DNA of 64,000 nt from Barthelona sp. PCE. Taxonomy: Eukaryota. The stretch is from NCBI GenBank assembly GCA_040285745.1, contig JAUFOR010000003.1, positions 1,364,001-1,428,000 on the forward strand. Reading direction: 5' to 3'. Positions 29,711 to 43,300 of this stretch are shown in pieces. Numbering within the stretch: the stretch's first letter is position 1; each line of letters opens with the position of its first letter. A model generated the notes under the pieces. It was given only the letters and a program-made list of their open reading frames with translations. It did no database searches and had not been told where the DNA came from. The position numbers and the translations under genes were made by a program.

Positions 29711-32700
29711 CTAGAAGAAAATTGTAACTGATAGAACAGTTGATCCAATAACATTACCGTTCTGTACCATATGCACGACAGCAACAGTGGGCGTTGTCCC
29801 CACAGAGATCGTACATTCGGCTTCACCACGGGTAGACGAGAGATTAATTCTAGATTTTGAAAATTGAATCGATTTGGAGTTACATACAATGTCCACAGGA
29901 CCAGTAGGCGTCTGTGTAAGTTCAATCTTTAGATATATATCACGGATAGTGTTAGGAGGAAGTGTTAACAACTGTAAATGATTGTGTACAGATTTAATAC
30001 GCATAGACGTGAAGGGGAATAATTCCTGAGAAGGTAAACAAACCAAAGTATCCTTTTCTTTCATCGGGAACTGCAGCTGTTTTCCATCTTCACTCAATAC
30101 TGAAGGACGTTCAGGAACAATAGAGAATCCAGACTCATTGTGTTGGGTGTATTCATCAATATCCAGACCGAACATAGCTCCAGTCTTACTGTAGGCAATC
30201 TCTGTGGAGTTAACTATTGGTGCACGTGGGGATAATCGAATATCAATGTTGGAAACTAGTTCACCTGATCGGTAATCACGTATTTCAATCTGAGAATCAT
30301 TAAACATTGAAGAATCAAACTCAGGACGTCTGCTCATCAAGAATCTTCCGTTAATAATTGTATCAGCATCAATACCTTCGATACAAGAGAGAGATTTCTT
30401 CACTCGTGGCAATGAAAAATCCTTCACAATACATACTGAAAATTCAATGGCCAGAGTCTCAAGCGCTTCTAAGTACAAAACAGCAATACGTTCATCTTCA
30501 TCCATGAAATACACATCACTAATACATTTGATGTGATAATATTCGCTCTTGGGTAGATGTACCAAAAATAACCCCCACTCACGCTCTGTATTTGTCACAA
30601 CAATGTTAAAACGCTCTGGCGCTTGTCCAACTGGACGAATTCGACAATCAAGTGTATGTTTCTGAATAAGTGCGTTTTTGACAGCGTCTTCAATCGAAAA
30701 CGCTTCGTTTAATGTAATAAGCGTTGCCTGTGCCTCTACAAGGTTAGAATTAAGGTTGTACATGCATTTCTTCGGTATCCTGATAGATCTTGGCTTAAAG
30801 CGAGGAATAAATGGTTCGTAATTTGTCATTGTATAATCAACAACAAGCTCGCCAAAGGGAGCGGCCAGCATCATTGTAGACGATTGTGTTCCCAATAAAA
30901 GTGAGAATTTCGAGATTGGGAAACATGTATTACCGTCAAACATCAATAACTCAACTGGCTGAGTTTCCAAATAACGTTTAAAATTCACACTTTCAAAATA
31001 AATGCCTTCTTCCTCAAAATGGGTTGTAAAATTTCTTGCATCGTATGAAAAAGTCAATAAAACTCCTCTTGAAACAACATTTCCGTCCTTAAAGAATATT
31101 TCTTCATCCTCAAGCCTTAAAAGTGGAGTAACAATCTCTTCAAATCCATACAACTTTATGTAAAAAAAGAAACTAGTTGTTCCTCTTGGTAATTTGGACA
31201 GTCGTTGGAGTTTTACCGCAATTTCACGACGTACAAACGCTTCTTCGCTATGTTTCTTAACAATCTCATCTGGAAGGTAATCCAAAAATGGCAAAGATGT
31301 AGTATTGTAAAATGTATCCACTTTCTTCACAGGACCACATGTTTCAAGTTTAAGTTCTGCACGTTCACTTCGTGTGAGCTGCAAAGACCTTGTCTTCTGA
31401 ACACTTGCACCTGTCATAACAACATGTGGAGTGTTTTGTTTTTGTACAATCGTTTTAGCATGTGGCGTATGCTTTGCTACTTCTTTTGGCGTTTTGAGTG
31501 TTCTTAGGGTAGACTTTGGCGTGTCTTGATGCCTGATAGGCTCATCTACAACACGCATAGGGGTTGCATTAATTGATTCTGTGACTTCGGGTGAGTGCTG
31601 ATGCATTGATGCCAAATCACAACTCATACGCAGCTCTATATTCGCATACAGGTCCTTTGTTCCGTTCCAGACAACAACAGGTGCACCATCACTATTTGAA
31701 GAAAAACGCAATGGAATGACAGTGTACTTCTCTGTGGCCGACTTCTCTGAGAAAAGTGTTTGGGTAGAAACAACAGACATTGCAACGTTAATCACCATCG
31801 AGTCCTCTTCCTCGTTTTCTGCAGTGCTGAATCTGACTCCATACTGTAACATAAAAATGAGCATGCTCATAGGATGATAAGGGAATATTCCGCACTTAAA
31901 CGCCTTTTCCTTGAGCTTGAGGCGCCCTGAACTTCCCACCTGGAGATGACACATGCGAGGATTATCAACAAACGTGTGCCCATTATGGTTTAAAATAACC
32001 AATCTTCTGCTCACAATAACTGGATTAGAAGGTTTCTCCGCAAATGTATTGCCCAGTGTTGAGACACCTAAAAGAAGCGCTGTCTCATCGGGAACGTCAC
32101 ATCTAAATTGTTTGCACAACATGTTAATTGTATCACCTTGTTGAGGCGCATCAAGTTGGTTAACTCTTATGTTTCGCAACAGGGTTGCCTCCATCGGCGT
32201 GTCTTCTGTTGTTGGAAAGATCCAGTCGTACCTAGGGAGCAAGAACAGATCTAGATCTTCTTCCTGCTCGCAATCACAGTCCGTTTCACTAATTCCAGCT
32301 ATACAGTCAGCTGGTGAGAACAAAAAGTTGGGGGCAACCATGTGCTTGACTGGGTTTATGTACGGATGCAGACTTAAATGAGAAAATATGCTACTGCTAT
32401 CGTCAACAGCAATTTTGGCAATATCTCTGAACAACAGTAAACGAGGTGATCCTGTGTACACTGGGAGCCTATCATATGTTAGGAAATGCTCATCCTTTTC
32501 ATAACGAATAAAGTAACTACTTGTTGACTTCGGAGTTTGATCAAAAACTACATGGAAAAAACCGCATGACATTTCGTTTTTGATCACTCCTCTGTCTTCA
32601 GAACCCATAACAATCTCTACAACAATTGCAATATCATCTTGATGTAAATCTGTATGGAAAAATAAGGGATACTCAATAGCCATTGCGAGAAACATGTGTT

Positions 32701-33034
32701 CATATGCGTTCACTTCATCACTCCGAGTTTGGATGTGCATGTCGTCTACAACGAACTGTGGGCTTGTGTGTGTGTTGCCAAAGAATGTCTGGGTAGGTGT
32801 GTGAAAGAGAGTGGCGCGTAATGATAAAACTAAGTCTAAATAGTCTCCATCAATTGTTTTAGCAAGCGCGGGGGGTACTTTAATGTTGGAAAGTGTCTGA
32901 ATAGCCAATACAAATGCGAAATCTTCACTTGACTGCGACTTTTTCTCAAAAGTTGGTTGCACGCTCCTATTCGAGTTTGCTTTGTGCAACCACCGCTTGA
33001 GTTTTGTCTCGATTAGAAATTCCTGCCTTGACAT
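29711..33034 (-). CDS. NPHP4: Nephrocystin-4 (ciliary transition zone)
   Basis: FFGNT, LFFHT..IVVEIV, SCGF, YTGSPRLLL and RRLVILNHNG.TFV correspond to NPHP4 motifs. Confidence 0.8.
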   Translation of the reverse strand: MSRQEFLIETKLKRWLHKANSNRSVQPTFEKKSQSSEDFAFVLAIQTLSNIKVPPALAKTIDGDYLDLVLSLRATLFHTPTQTFFGNTHTSPQFVVDDMHIQTRSDEVNAYEHMFLAMAIEYPLFFHTDLHQDDIAIVVEIVMGSEDRGVIKNEMSCGFFHVVFDQTPKSTSSYFIRYEKDEHFLTYDRLPVYTGSPRLLLFRDIAKIAVDDSSSIFSHLSLHPYINPVKHMVAPNFLFSPADCIAGISETDCDCEQEEDLDLFLLPRYDWIFPTTEDTPMEATLLRNIRVNQLDAPQQGDTINMLCKQFRCDVPDETALLLGVSTLGNTFAEKPSNPVIVSRRLVILNHNGHTFVDNPRMCHLQVGSSGRLKLKEKAFKCGIFPYHPMSMLIFMLQYGVRFSTAENEEEDSMVINVAMSVVSTQTLFSEKSATEKYTVIPLRFSSNSDGAPVVVWNGTKDLYANIELRMSCDLASMHQHSPEVTESINATPMRVVDEPIRHQDTPKSTLRTLKTPKEVAKHTPHAKTIVQKQNTPHVVMTGASVQKTRSLQLTRSERAELKLETCGPVKKVDTFYNTTSLPFLDYLPDEIVKKHSEEAFVRREIAVKLQRLSKLPRGTTSFFFYIKLYGFEEIVTPLLRLEDEEIFFKDGNVVSRGVLLTFSYDARNFTTHFEEEGIYFESVNFKRYLETQPVELLMFDGNTCFPISKFSLLLGTQSSTMMLAAPFGELVVDYTMTNYEPFIPRFKPRSIRIPKKCMYNLNSNLVEAQATLITLNEAFSIEDAVKNALIQKHTLDCRIRPVGQAPERFNIVVTNTEREWGLFLVHLPKSEYYHIKCISDVYFMDEDERIAVLYLEALETLAIEFSVCIVKDFSLPRVKKSLSCIEGIDADTIINGRFLMSRRPEFDSSMFNDSQIEIRDYRSGELVSNIDIRLSPRAPIVNSTEIAYSKTGAMFGLDIDEYTQHNESGFSIVPERPSVLSEDGKQLQFPMKEKDTLVCLPSQELFPFTSMRIKSVHNHLQLLTLPPNTIRDIYLKIELTQTPTGPVDIVCNSKSIQFSKSRINLSSTRGEAECTISVGTTPTVAVVHMVQNGNVIGSTVLSVTIFF

Positions 33035-33455
33035 AAGTTGCTGTGAAGTTGAGAAAGGGTTGAGAATCGCTTAACATTTTTTTTGCAGATAATATTTATA
33101 TTGCAACCCATAGATTCTTATAATATTGTTTTTCATAATCTGTTCAATGATTTTTTAACTATAGATCAATAGTAAGTGCAAAATATTAACGCCGGTCACC
33201 ATATTACGAATTATAACGTAAATAAAATAAGTTAAACAGTGCTTTATATTATTGAAAACTTTGATAAGCATGAAAAAAAGTTATAAAAACCGTCAAAAAA
33301 CCGGAAACAAAATGTAAAAGATGTTCTTTACGTATTACAGGCTATATTCTGGCTGTGTAGCTTCATAGTTACAGATTAGACGTATTTAAACCAGTATTAG
33401 AAATATTCTAACTAATTCTATTGTTATACCATTTATATCCTTTATCTTTTATTTT

Positions 33456-33546
33456 GTATGTTTGGCTGATGCTTCACTGTGACGTAACTTATAGATACGT
33501 CAGATTGTGCTGAGTTTATAATCCAAAAAGGACATCTAACACTTAG
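33456..33546 (+). other. 5'-UTR spliceosomal intron, 91 nt (IST1)
   Basis: GTATGT...TCTAACACTTAG, followed by 7 nt and then the ATG; the last 12 nt are identical to those of the phosphatase intron. Confidence 0.82.
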
Positions 33547-33553
33547 TATAAAA

Positions 33554-34312
33554 ATGGCTCGTTTGAAGAAGGACGTACTCAAAACAAAGCTCAGAACCTC
33601 CATTCTGAGAATGAACAGAAAGAAGACCCAGAAGACAAATCAGAACATCTCCTTGAAACGCGAAGTCGCTGAATTATTAAGACAAGGAAAAGAAGAATTA
33701 GCCAGAATCAAGGTTGAGAGCATCTACCGTGAGGATCTTGTTGTTCAAGTGTATGAATTAATTGGTGGTTTAGTCGAATTGCTTTCTGCTCGTTTAGAAA
33801 TCATTTTGATGGCTCAAGAACCCCCTGCCAATGTCATGACAGCTCTTGACACCGTACTATTCGCCGCTCCTCTCTTAGATATCGGTGAATTCATGGAAAT
33901 CAGTCAGATGTTATCCAAGAAATTTGGAAAGGAATTCGTTGAAGCTGCCCAGCTTAACAGCCGTGGAATGGTCCACCCTAAGGTCATCCCTAAGCTCACC
34001 GTACACTACCCCGACGAGCAAACTGTTGTTTACTATCTTACCGAGATTGCCAAGGAGCACAACGTTGATTGGGCTGCTCCCCAACCACAGATGCCCTTTA
34101 TTCCCCACACACAGGTCGTGATGGAGCCCGGAATGCATCAGAACGGTGTCTATATGCCAGCAATGCAGACGAATGGTCAAGTGTCAAATACAGCTCCTAT
34201 GCCCATCATTCCAGATAATGTCCCCTCTGCTGAGCCACCATTGAGCCCCGGCACAGGAACCATTGATCAGCTTCTTGAAGAACGCTTCCGTTCACTTCGT
34301 AACAAAGGCTAA
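33554..34312 (+). CDS. IST1: ESCRT-III-associated IST1
   Basis: REVAELLRQGKEELARIKVESIYRED, KKFGKEF, YLTEIAKEHNV, and MIM1-like C-terminus LEERFRSLR. Confidence 0.92.
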   Translation: MARLKKDVLKTKLRTSILRMNRKKTQKTNQNISLKREVAELLRQGKEELARIKVESIYREDLVVQVYELIGGLVELLSARLEIILMAQEPPANVMTALDTVLFAAPLLDIGEFMEISQMLSKKFGKEFVEAAQLNSRGMVHPKVIPKLTVHYPDEQTVVYYLTEIAKEHNVDWAAPQPQMPFIPHTQVVMEPGMHQNGVYMPAMQTNGQVSNTAPMPIIPDNVPSAEPPLSPGTGTIDQLLEERFRSLRNKG

Positions 34313-34393
34313 GACCTGATTGTATGTACATATGTTAATAAATCACTGATACGTAGAATTATATATACTGATTTTACAATAGCATGTTTAATA

Positions 34394-37300
34394 TTATTCA
34401 CCATTGAGGAAATAAACCCACTCTAGGTCGTCATGTGAAATGGTGAGACGACCCTTTGAAGAATCACCACGATGCAAGACTTGGATAGCAACACTTTTCT
34501 TGGCATCAACAACTTCGCTATTCTTAACAACAAAGTTGGGGTTATCACAGTGGATATTGAACATTGTTTGCTGATCAAAGATGTTCTTGAAGTTAATTGT
34601 AGTAGCACCGCCAACTAAGATCGGACCCTGAGGTCTTGGCAGAGTAGCGTGACCCTTCAATGGTATTGTATATGAACCAACGTTCTCATTCTCCAATATG
34701 AGTGTGGCGCTGAATGAACCAATTCCAAGTGGTTCAAACGAAACAGGTACCATAATGTGCTGTACAGATCCGTTCACAGTCAATGTGGGATCAACAGAGA
34801 AGAATCCTGTTGAGTGACCAGTTATTGATGCGTTGAACGTTACATTACTTGTACAAATATTGCGTAATTTTGCAGAAAGAACCATTGTCGTTCCGATTGC
34901 AGCTCTGAACGATAAAGGCCTCTCAGGTAATGGTGACAGGGTCTCCAGATCAAGGGTATACACAACAGTGTCAAGCATCTCACATGAGAGACGCAGCTGA
35001 ACTTGTTTTGTGACTGGTACTGTCGGAACCCACTTAACATCGAAGGGGAAGTGAGTGGCGTTGGGTGGAACGAGGAATTTGCGTGCTACCTCTATTGTAT
35101 CCTCATCACATTGTGATGTGAAGGAAACGGGAGTAGAGAGAGGATTGGAAATGTAAAGTGTCTTGTCAATTGATGAACGCAGAGGTGTGCGGACTTCATA
35201 AGGACCTAGCGGCTTGGGTGCTTCAACGTTAAGCTTAACATTGCACTCTAGATACTCGTTGGTTTCCATCACCCTGAACACAACATCAAATTCACAAACT
35301 TGATGCTTCTGGGCAATGAAAGAGAGGCTGAAAGGTTTGGTGGAGTTGGCTGGTACGTCCATGAAGGCTGCACCGTTGAGCTTGAACATTGATGAGGAGA
35401 AACTGGAAATTTCCTTCTCGACACCATCACTTCCTTTAATGAATACATGGAACCTCTGCACATCATTAAGCCAGTTGTTGATCTCAAGTGTGATGGGACA
35501 AACTTCTCTGGAAGCTGTTGTAACATTAACTGCTTCCATGGCTGATGGCTGACCTGAAATTCCAGTAAGAGAATAGTAGAAAGCATTACCATCTGGGAGC
35601 GCAATGAAGAGGGTTGCCTCATGAACATCGTTCTCAGAAGTCATTGCCAGAGGAGAGTAAACAACATCATAAGAAACGTTCTGACCCTCAATAATCTCAA
35701 CAGACGAGGCTCCGCGGAAGAAGCTGCTGCCATTGAATACAGGATTCAACATATAACGTGTAGCGTGGCCAGATCTGGGGGCTGCTGCTGGTGTTGTTGC
35801 TGGAGCCTTGCCACGAGACTTACCAGTGGGTGCTGGTGGTTCGGTTGAGCGAGCAGTGTTGCTCTCGAGCGATATGAGTTGGCTAGTGTTGAGTGTGAGA
35901 GTCTTTGTTACACCACTTCGGACAGCGGTCTCGAACTCAACCTTGTTCTCTTCGGGTACGTCTAATTGAACACAGACACCGCCCAACTCGAGATGAAGCG
36001 GGTCCAGTGTACTGCCCTCAATCTCGCACTCAAGCTCATAATCAATCATACGCTGCACCTTCTGAGGATGGAAGACGACATTGAGAGGTAAATCTTCACC
36101 AGCAGGAAGGTATCCTGACATTGGGTTGAGCTCAAAATCGTGCTCAATGCCTAATTGCTTATCGTTCAACACCTTAAAGTTGAAGAACGTCGGCAAATCA
36201 CCAAAGTTGTGAAGCAAAATACGGCGTGTGAGGCTTGAACCCAAAGCGACAGCCGGGAAGTTCAAATTGGATGATTCAAGCTTGACAGCTGTTCCCACAG
36301 ATGAACCCTCAACACGACCCATGGATATTGACGTGTCGCAGAAGTTTGCAATGATGGGTACCTGGAACTTGCCGATACGCTTGTTCGGTTTGAATGTGAC
36401 TGTGACGTCATACAGCTGCTTGGGGCCAAGTGTGAAGGGGTATGTTGGATAGATCGACAGCATCGACGGGAGTGAAGGGTCGATGATATCGCCAAACTCG
36501 AGCTCAAGAGATAGGTTTTCGATTGGAAGCTCTGAACGGTTCACCAGTGTAAATGTCTTGGTGACAACGTCGCTGACGCTTGTGCCAAGGAACGAAACAC
36601 GACATGTTGTGTTCGTCAACCTGCGTTTCTTGTTGTACACATAGAGTTTGGGCTGCATAGAGTTCACACCAACGGTGAGGGGAATGAAGACAATACCGCT
36701 GTTGATCGACAACTGCAATGAGTGTTTGTAGGCGCCAACTTCAATTGGCTTTACGTTGAATTTGTATGACTTGGTCTCGTTGGGCGACAGCGTTGTGCTA
36801 GAGAAGTCATGCGTCAACCATTGCACTGGCTCATCCTGCAGTTCAATAGTAAGTGGAATGTCGTCGTTGTTAGTGATCTCGAAGGGAAGTGAGTAAACAT
36901 CTGAATTCGGGGTCAAAACAAAGCGCTTGCCAAAGTCGATACGACGGGAAGAGAACTCAAGTTTGGGACGGTCAACTGATCCCTTGAAGCGAATGAGGTA
37001 CTTGCGCTCACGGCCAGGACCGAGTGCGATAACGTAATCAGCCGGATTCTCATCCAGCTCAACTGGCTCGGAAGTGTTCAAGGTTAGGTTTGTCTCGAAT
37101 GATGACTTCGTGCGAACGACCGTCTCGCTCTCGGGGATGTGGACCACTGAGGGGTTCTTATTTGACTTAAAGGGGAATATGGCAACGTTGAAATTAGCCA
37201 ATCCACTGTTTTGGATCTTAAACGTACGTGCGGCGACTTGATTGAGCAAGCATGAGCCAAAGTCAACAATGTTGGCCTTGCCTACCACGAGTTCACGATA

Positions 37301-40300
37301 GTTAACAACACCGTTTTGAGTAGTCTGGAGGTAGCAGTCCCCAATAAGGTTGTATCCTTGACCCTTAACGTTGAGCGAAAGCTTCATCGTCTTGCGGCGT
37401 ACATTGATACTGGCGTTGAGGTTGTAGAACTTCTCTTCGAATGAGGTAAATGATACCTTAAGAGGCAACATACCGTGGGGTGGTACGACGCCAGATACAG
37501 GTGAAATGTTAAAGATAACATTACGATCTATGTCCTCAAGAGTAGCATTATCCACTGTAAAATCGAATGGAATATCCTCGTTGTTGAAGAGCTCAAGCTG
37601 TTGAGTAACTGATGTTCCAACCAACAAATCACCAAAGTTAAGATGCGGCTTGTTAAGATACAACTGAGGCTCTACAGTACGACCGACCAATAAGAACTTC
37701 TGTACCAAATTGAACTCTGGAATTTCAATCATCCAACAGGACTCTTGGTTCTCCAATGAAGAAGATACAAACTCGAACTCAACGTGCTTCTGGCGACCGG
37801 GTTCGATCTTTCCATTGCACTCAAGACATGTAAACACACCATTGGTGACAGAGTGCTTGCGTACAGAGCGAATGGTTGCGTTCTTATCAATGCAGCTCAC
37901 AATGAAGCGGTAAGAGTACGAAGTTGGGTTAACAATGACGATTGAACCACGCGACTTAATATCAACACCACGATTTGCGAAATCAACGATTGACCAGTCG
38001 TGGGCCGTCTCGGTGGAAACAACGGTACCGTCTGGAAGAGCCAATGACGAATCTCGCTCGCTCGAGAAGAGGTACTTGCTCTCTGGCACATCAAAGTAAC
38101 ACAGAGGACGGAGCGTAACACCATCCAACGGGATACGAAGAGGTGCACAATCCTCATGAAGGTTAACTATACTGCAAGTCATGTCGAATCCGTTGTCAAA
38201 CACCTCAAGAGGGGCAAACACCAGTGAGAACTTCTGAGACTGTTGTGGGGGAATGACACCCTTAGCAGGTTCAACAGAGTAGGGACACATTGGCTTGTGT
38301 TCCACCTGTTTTGTATACTCAAAGTCAAAATCGTAACAAAGGTTTGAGTATGATGGGTTCTTGATGGTAAATGTGAAGACTCGCTTCTGATACATGTAAG
38401 TCTTCTTGAACGCAACCTTTCCGTACTTCTCAATGAGACTAGAAACATCATCACCAAGTTCATACTTGACAAAATCGACAGAGGCCTCAAACATAATCGG
38501 AAGAGGCGCAAGTTCCTGCTCGACAATGATGGTGGGTTCAGCGACGTTTGTTTGAAGACGGACAGGCTCTCCGCTTGCCGGATCATACGAAGCGGGTAAC
38601 GGGGGAACCTCGACTATCTTGGGAATAGGAGCAGCACCCTTCTTCTTACGGTTTCGCTTTTGCTTTTCAATCTCAGCCAACTCGCGTTCATAGTCGGAAC
38701 GGAGCTTCTGATAATCCTCATACGTGATGAAAGAGACTTCAGTCATATCAGAATTCCACTGAATGTCGCGATCACTTTCTTCTGCATATCGAATCTGTTG
38801 TAAGCCAATGTTAAGCGGCACCTCGACAACAGAAAGTTTCTCGTGCGCCTTGAGACGGGCATGAAGCTCTATTGTTTCACCAGGAAGAATATGACCAACA
38901 GCAGGCACGACGTTGAAATCGCACTTTGAAGATGACAGATGAGATGTAATGAAGTTTGTTATATCAACATTGAACTTGTACACATCATCACTGTGATTTG
39001 TTAAGTTAACACATCGAGTTGTTGTAACACCAATATCAACATCCACGAAGGAAAGTGATGCCATATCATCATCCTCAGCTGTGGAAAGTGTGAGGGGGGA
39101 TGAGTAAGAAATACCAATGAGTGGAATACATCTGGCATCAAAGCTGTTTTCGGGAACATCGACAATCAAGTATGACTTTGATACGTTGCAGCCCATATGT
39201 GTTGATGAACGAGAAGGTGAGAAGGTGACAAGCACGTCACGCGTCTCGTTAGGAGCAATGGTCACAGAACCACCTGACACTGCAAAACCGTCAAGAATGC
39301 TGACAAAGTCGATGCCGTCCATAGACGACACTGCTGTCGGTGAGAGACCCACTCGCAGCGATGTGTTGAGTACACCGGGGTTGTGAAGCGGGAGAGACAG
39401 TGAGTGCTGTTTTCCAACCCGGAGTTCAGGGAATATTATTGCGTTCTGCAACATGCTCTCCAGATCAGCGCTTCCAACCTCCTTCTTTGATCCCTTCGCA
39501 GTTGCTGCTGCTGCAGAAGGTTGAATAACCTTGTTCAACTCCTCACGAACAGCGTCATTGCGTAACAGTGACGTGATGTTATTTTCACGTGGAATTGTGC
39601 AGTGCATGAGAGGTAGAACACCTTCACCTAAGAAGTCAATTGATAACATGGGAACGGGCTCAGTCTCACCCTGCAGTGAGCAACAGCACACATCAAGTGA
39701 TGCACGGGTTGTCTGCAGATTACTAGGTTCAAAATATACAGTGACATATTTGTATTCATGAGGTGAAAGAACAAACTGCGTCTCTTTAAGGAAGAAGCCA
39801 GAGTTATTCTTCTGTACGCCAGAAGATGGTCTGCTCTTCGGGCGCTTGGGTTGCTTCTTGCCCTTACCCTCCTTCTTAACCTGAGCAGTTTCTTCTGTCA
39901 AATTAGAGAATAGGAATACGACCTTCTCGGAGATCTTTGTTGGATTAGAGATCTTCAAACGAACCTCGTGCGTCGAATTGAGACGACATGGTCCAAATGA
40001 AAAGCAGTTGTCTGAGATACTGAAGATATTGTTGGGAATTGTTGTTGCGAGTTGGGGGAACTCGTGCAAAACTGCATACTCCTCGAAAATCTCAGTGACA
40101 GACTTATCAATGAGAGGCTCACATCCATGACCACGGAAGTCAAGAGAGTGTGGAAGAGGAATGTTCTCTGTTGTGCCTTCAGTATCAAGGTGGATCAAGC
40201 TTCTAACATCAGCATCACTATCAGTAATACGGAGGAAAGAGCTGATACTCCAAACCGACCCGCTGTTGTCTGAAGTAACAGAAGTTCCGATATCTTCCTT

Positions 40301-43300
40301 TGTAGGCTTGAACTTGACTGTAAATGTAGCGGTCCTATTCGGTTCAACATTAACAACACCAGGAGAAATGGTGAAGGGACCAAGCTGCAATGGAGAGCCA
40401 TCTGAAATGACTTGCTTTCTCTCTTGAGAAGCAACAACCGCCCCCTTCTTCGGTTTGGCAGAACGAGGTGTCTTGCCTATGCTACTGGGAGCACGTGAAG
40501 TGGACACAGTACCGCTTTCAGCCTCAACTTTTGGCTCCATAAGATACTTGTTGTTGTACTCCTCCAACATTGCCTCGGTGACAATCTCAGCAGAGAATGG
40601 GAAAACGCCAGTGTTTGTGATTGTGAACTCACGAGTTAATTTAGCGTTAAACTCAAGAGGACCAAAGTTAATGCCTGAAGCAGGGTTCAAAATGAAACGA
40701 GAGAACACTGAAGTACATGTGACAAACACTGGAAGAACACCAATGCGTTCGTCTCTTTGAAGATCAAACACTTCAATCATCACATCAGGGCTGTCCACCA
40801 AATCAACAGTTGTCTTGGGCTTCCAAACGACGCTAAGATCAATGGATGTGCCGCTTTGCTCACCTGATGATGTAGGACGCTTCTTGCCTTTCTTACCAGT
40901 GTTAACTGAGCTAGCTAACTGATCTTTACCAGCGCTAAGCACGCCAGACGGCTGATCAACGACAAAACAACCCTTCAGAGGAGAGGTCTCCTTGACATGA
41001 AGACGGTACGAGATGTCGTACTTTCCACTGTTACGCAGAACAAGAGATGATGTTACTTCCTCATAAACACGGACAGTACCAAAGTCTATCTTTGTTTTCA
41101 GATCATCTTCATCCTTCTCACCTGAGTAAGTGGATGATGTAGCAGAAAGACAAGCAGAAACGTTACCGATGCTCAAGAGAATTTCATAGAACTCACCATC
41201 AAGAACAAGAGGGAGTGATTCCAAGCGGAACTTGTACAAAGAAGGATCAAGGCCTGTTGTTGCCTCAGGGAAGTAGAAAGAATCATAATAGGTGTTGATG
41301 GCTCCCGATAATGCAAACTCAAGAGCTTCAAGTGATAAGGCTTTAACCTTAACAATTACTTCATCCTGAGCCTTGACGACACCAGATGTTTGACTAAATG
41401 AGATGTAGTCAGGGATTTCCATGTCAATATCGAATGCCACGTCAACATAACCTGTGTTCTTCAAAGCCAAATCAAGCGATACTGACTTATCGGTAAGAAT
41501 CTTACCAAAGGACAGAGATTCAGTGGATAATGACAGACGAGGAACTGAACCAAGACTGTACATGGGGATGGTCACGTTATCAGGTTGGTTCAATACGTTA
41601 ATGATCAACTTATCACGAATAAGACAAGGAATCTGAGGGTAACAGTACACTTGTAAAGTCTTCTTCTCACCAGGTGCCAAAACCATATTATGCGATGACA
41701 AATGGAAGGTGGGGTTAACCGCCTGCTTGGCAACGTTGAGCTTTGAAAGTGTGAGGTGTGTTGCTCCATCAGGATTGAACTGGACCTTGTGCTCTGGAGT
41801 AGCAGATGTCTTTCCAGTTGCCTTACCTTTCTTCCTTGAACCCTGTTTGCTCTTAGGCTTGACAGGCTCTGGCTCTACTTCAACGACTTCAGCCTCAATA
41901 GGTTGAGATGTAACGTCGGGATTGAGAATGACACCTAAACCATCGTTTTCGAATGAAATGTCAATGTAAGATGTGAATAGACCAACGTTTGAAAGTGTAA
42001 TCTTTTGGAATACACGTTCATCATCAACGTACACAAAACGATCAGAGAGAGATTCGAACTGTGGCTCGACCAATACGTTTGATAAGAGCCCCTGGCATCC
42101 AAAGAACCAAAAATTTGGTGTGTGGATGTGCTTGTTCTGAATCCAACCCATTCGAATATCTTTGAATTTGTCGAGAACTTTTGAGAGTTGTTCAACATTA
42201 TCAAAGCTCGATGGTATCTTGAGGTCAAAGTCAAGTTGATGACGCGTAGAATATAGAACGCGGTCTGCTGTATCAATACATGGCTCATCACAAACACCCT
42301 TGAGAACGATGCGTTTATACAGAGACTCACTAATGACCTTTTGCAACAAGATCTCACGGGTTGTCTTAAGAACCGGGTTATCCTTGAATGTGAGCACACG
42401 CTTCATAAGGGTAGCATCAAGTGGCAATAAGAATGTAGGCACAAAGTGCAAGACAATGTTGAACTCGTTTTTAACACGACTTGTGAATCGTACTTTAAGA
42501 CGTAACTCGCCAAATGGTGCCAGCTCCCAACGTGACAGATCACTGACAAACTCTTCTGGCAGCTCACGAAGCTCAGGGATGTCTTCGTCTTTAATAACTT
42601 CAATAGTTGGCTGTTGACCTTTCTTCTTCTTTTTCGAAGTAGTTTCCTTGAGAGCTTGCATTTGTTCTGCTTGCTCAGTGAGCATTTCTTCACGCCGACG
42701 GTTATTTTCTTCAACTTCATAGCGAAGATCGTCAGTGAGCTCAGGATTTTGGGACATTATAGTAAACTTATAATCACCATCTTCAACGAGGAACTGAGGC
42801 TCAAACAGATCGTTATGGGGAAGACGGTAGTCGCCCTTCTCATTTGAACGCACGTTGTTAACAATCTTTTTCCAATCGCTCTCAACGAACAGTCTTGGTA
42901 CGGATGTGCTGGAGTTGAGACCAGTACCTGTGAGGTTATCAAGAACAATAGTCTTCAGGTTATCAATCAAGGTAAGCATATTGGAATCGTCATCATTGAC
43001 AATTGTTGCTCCTTCCTTCATTGCGTTGATAACTGAGGGGTCGTTCAAAAGTTCCTTTAGGTGTTGCTGGAAAGTTTCTTCATCTTCCCAATATAGATCA
43101 CTGCCACTTACGAACCCATTGATATCACTGTTAAGGCTCTCACAAATCAAACCTTGGATACCATTAATAACAAAGAATGTGTTAGCGCGTGCAGTTGCAC
43201 CAAGTTCAGTAACGAGTTGAAGACCACCAATAACACGGTTAGCGTTATTACTCAGCTCATCAGAGTTAACCGAACCATCTTCTTGAGGACGCAGCTCTTC

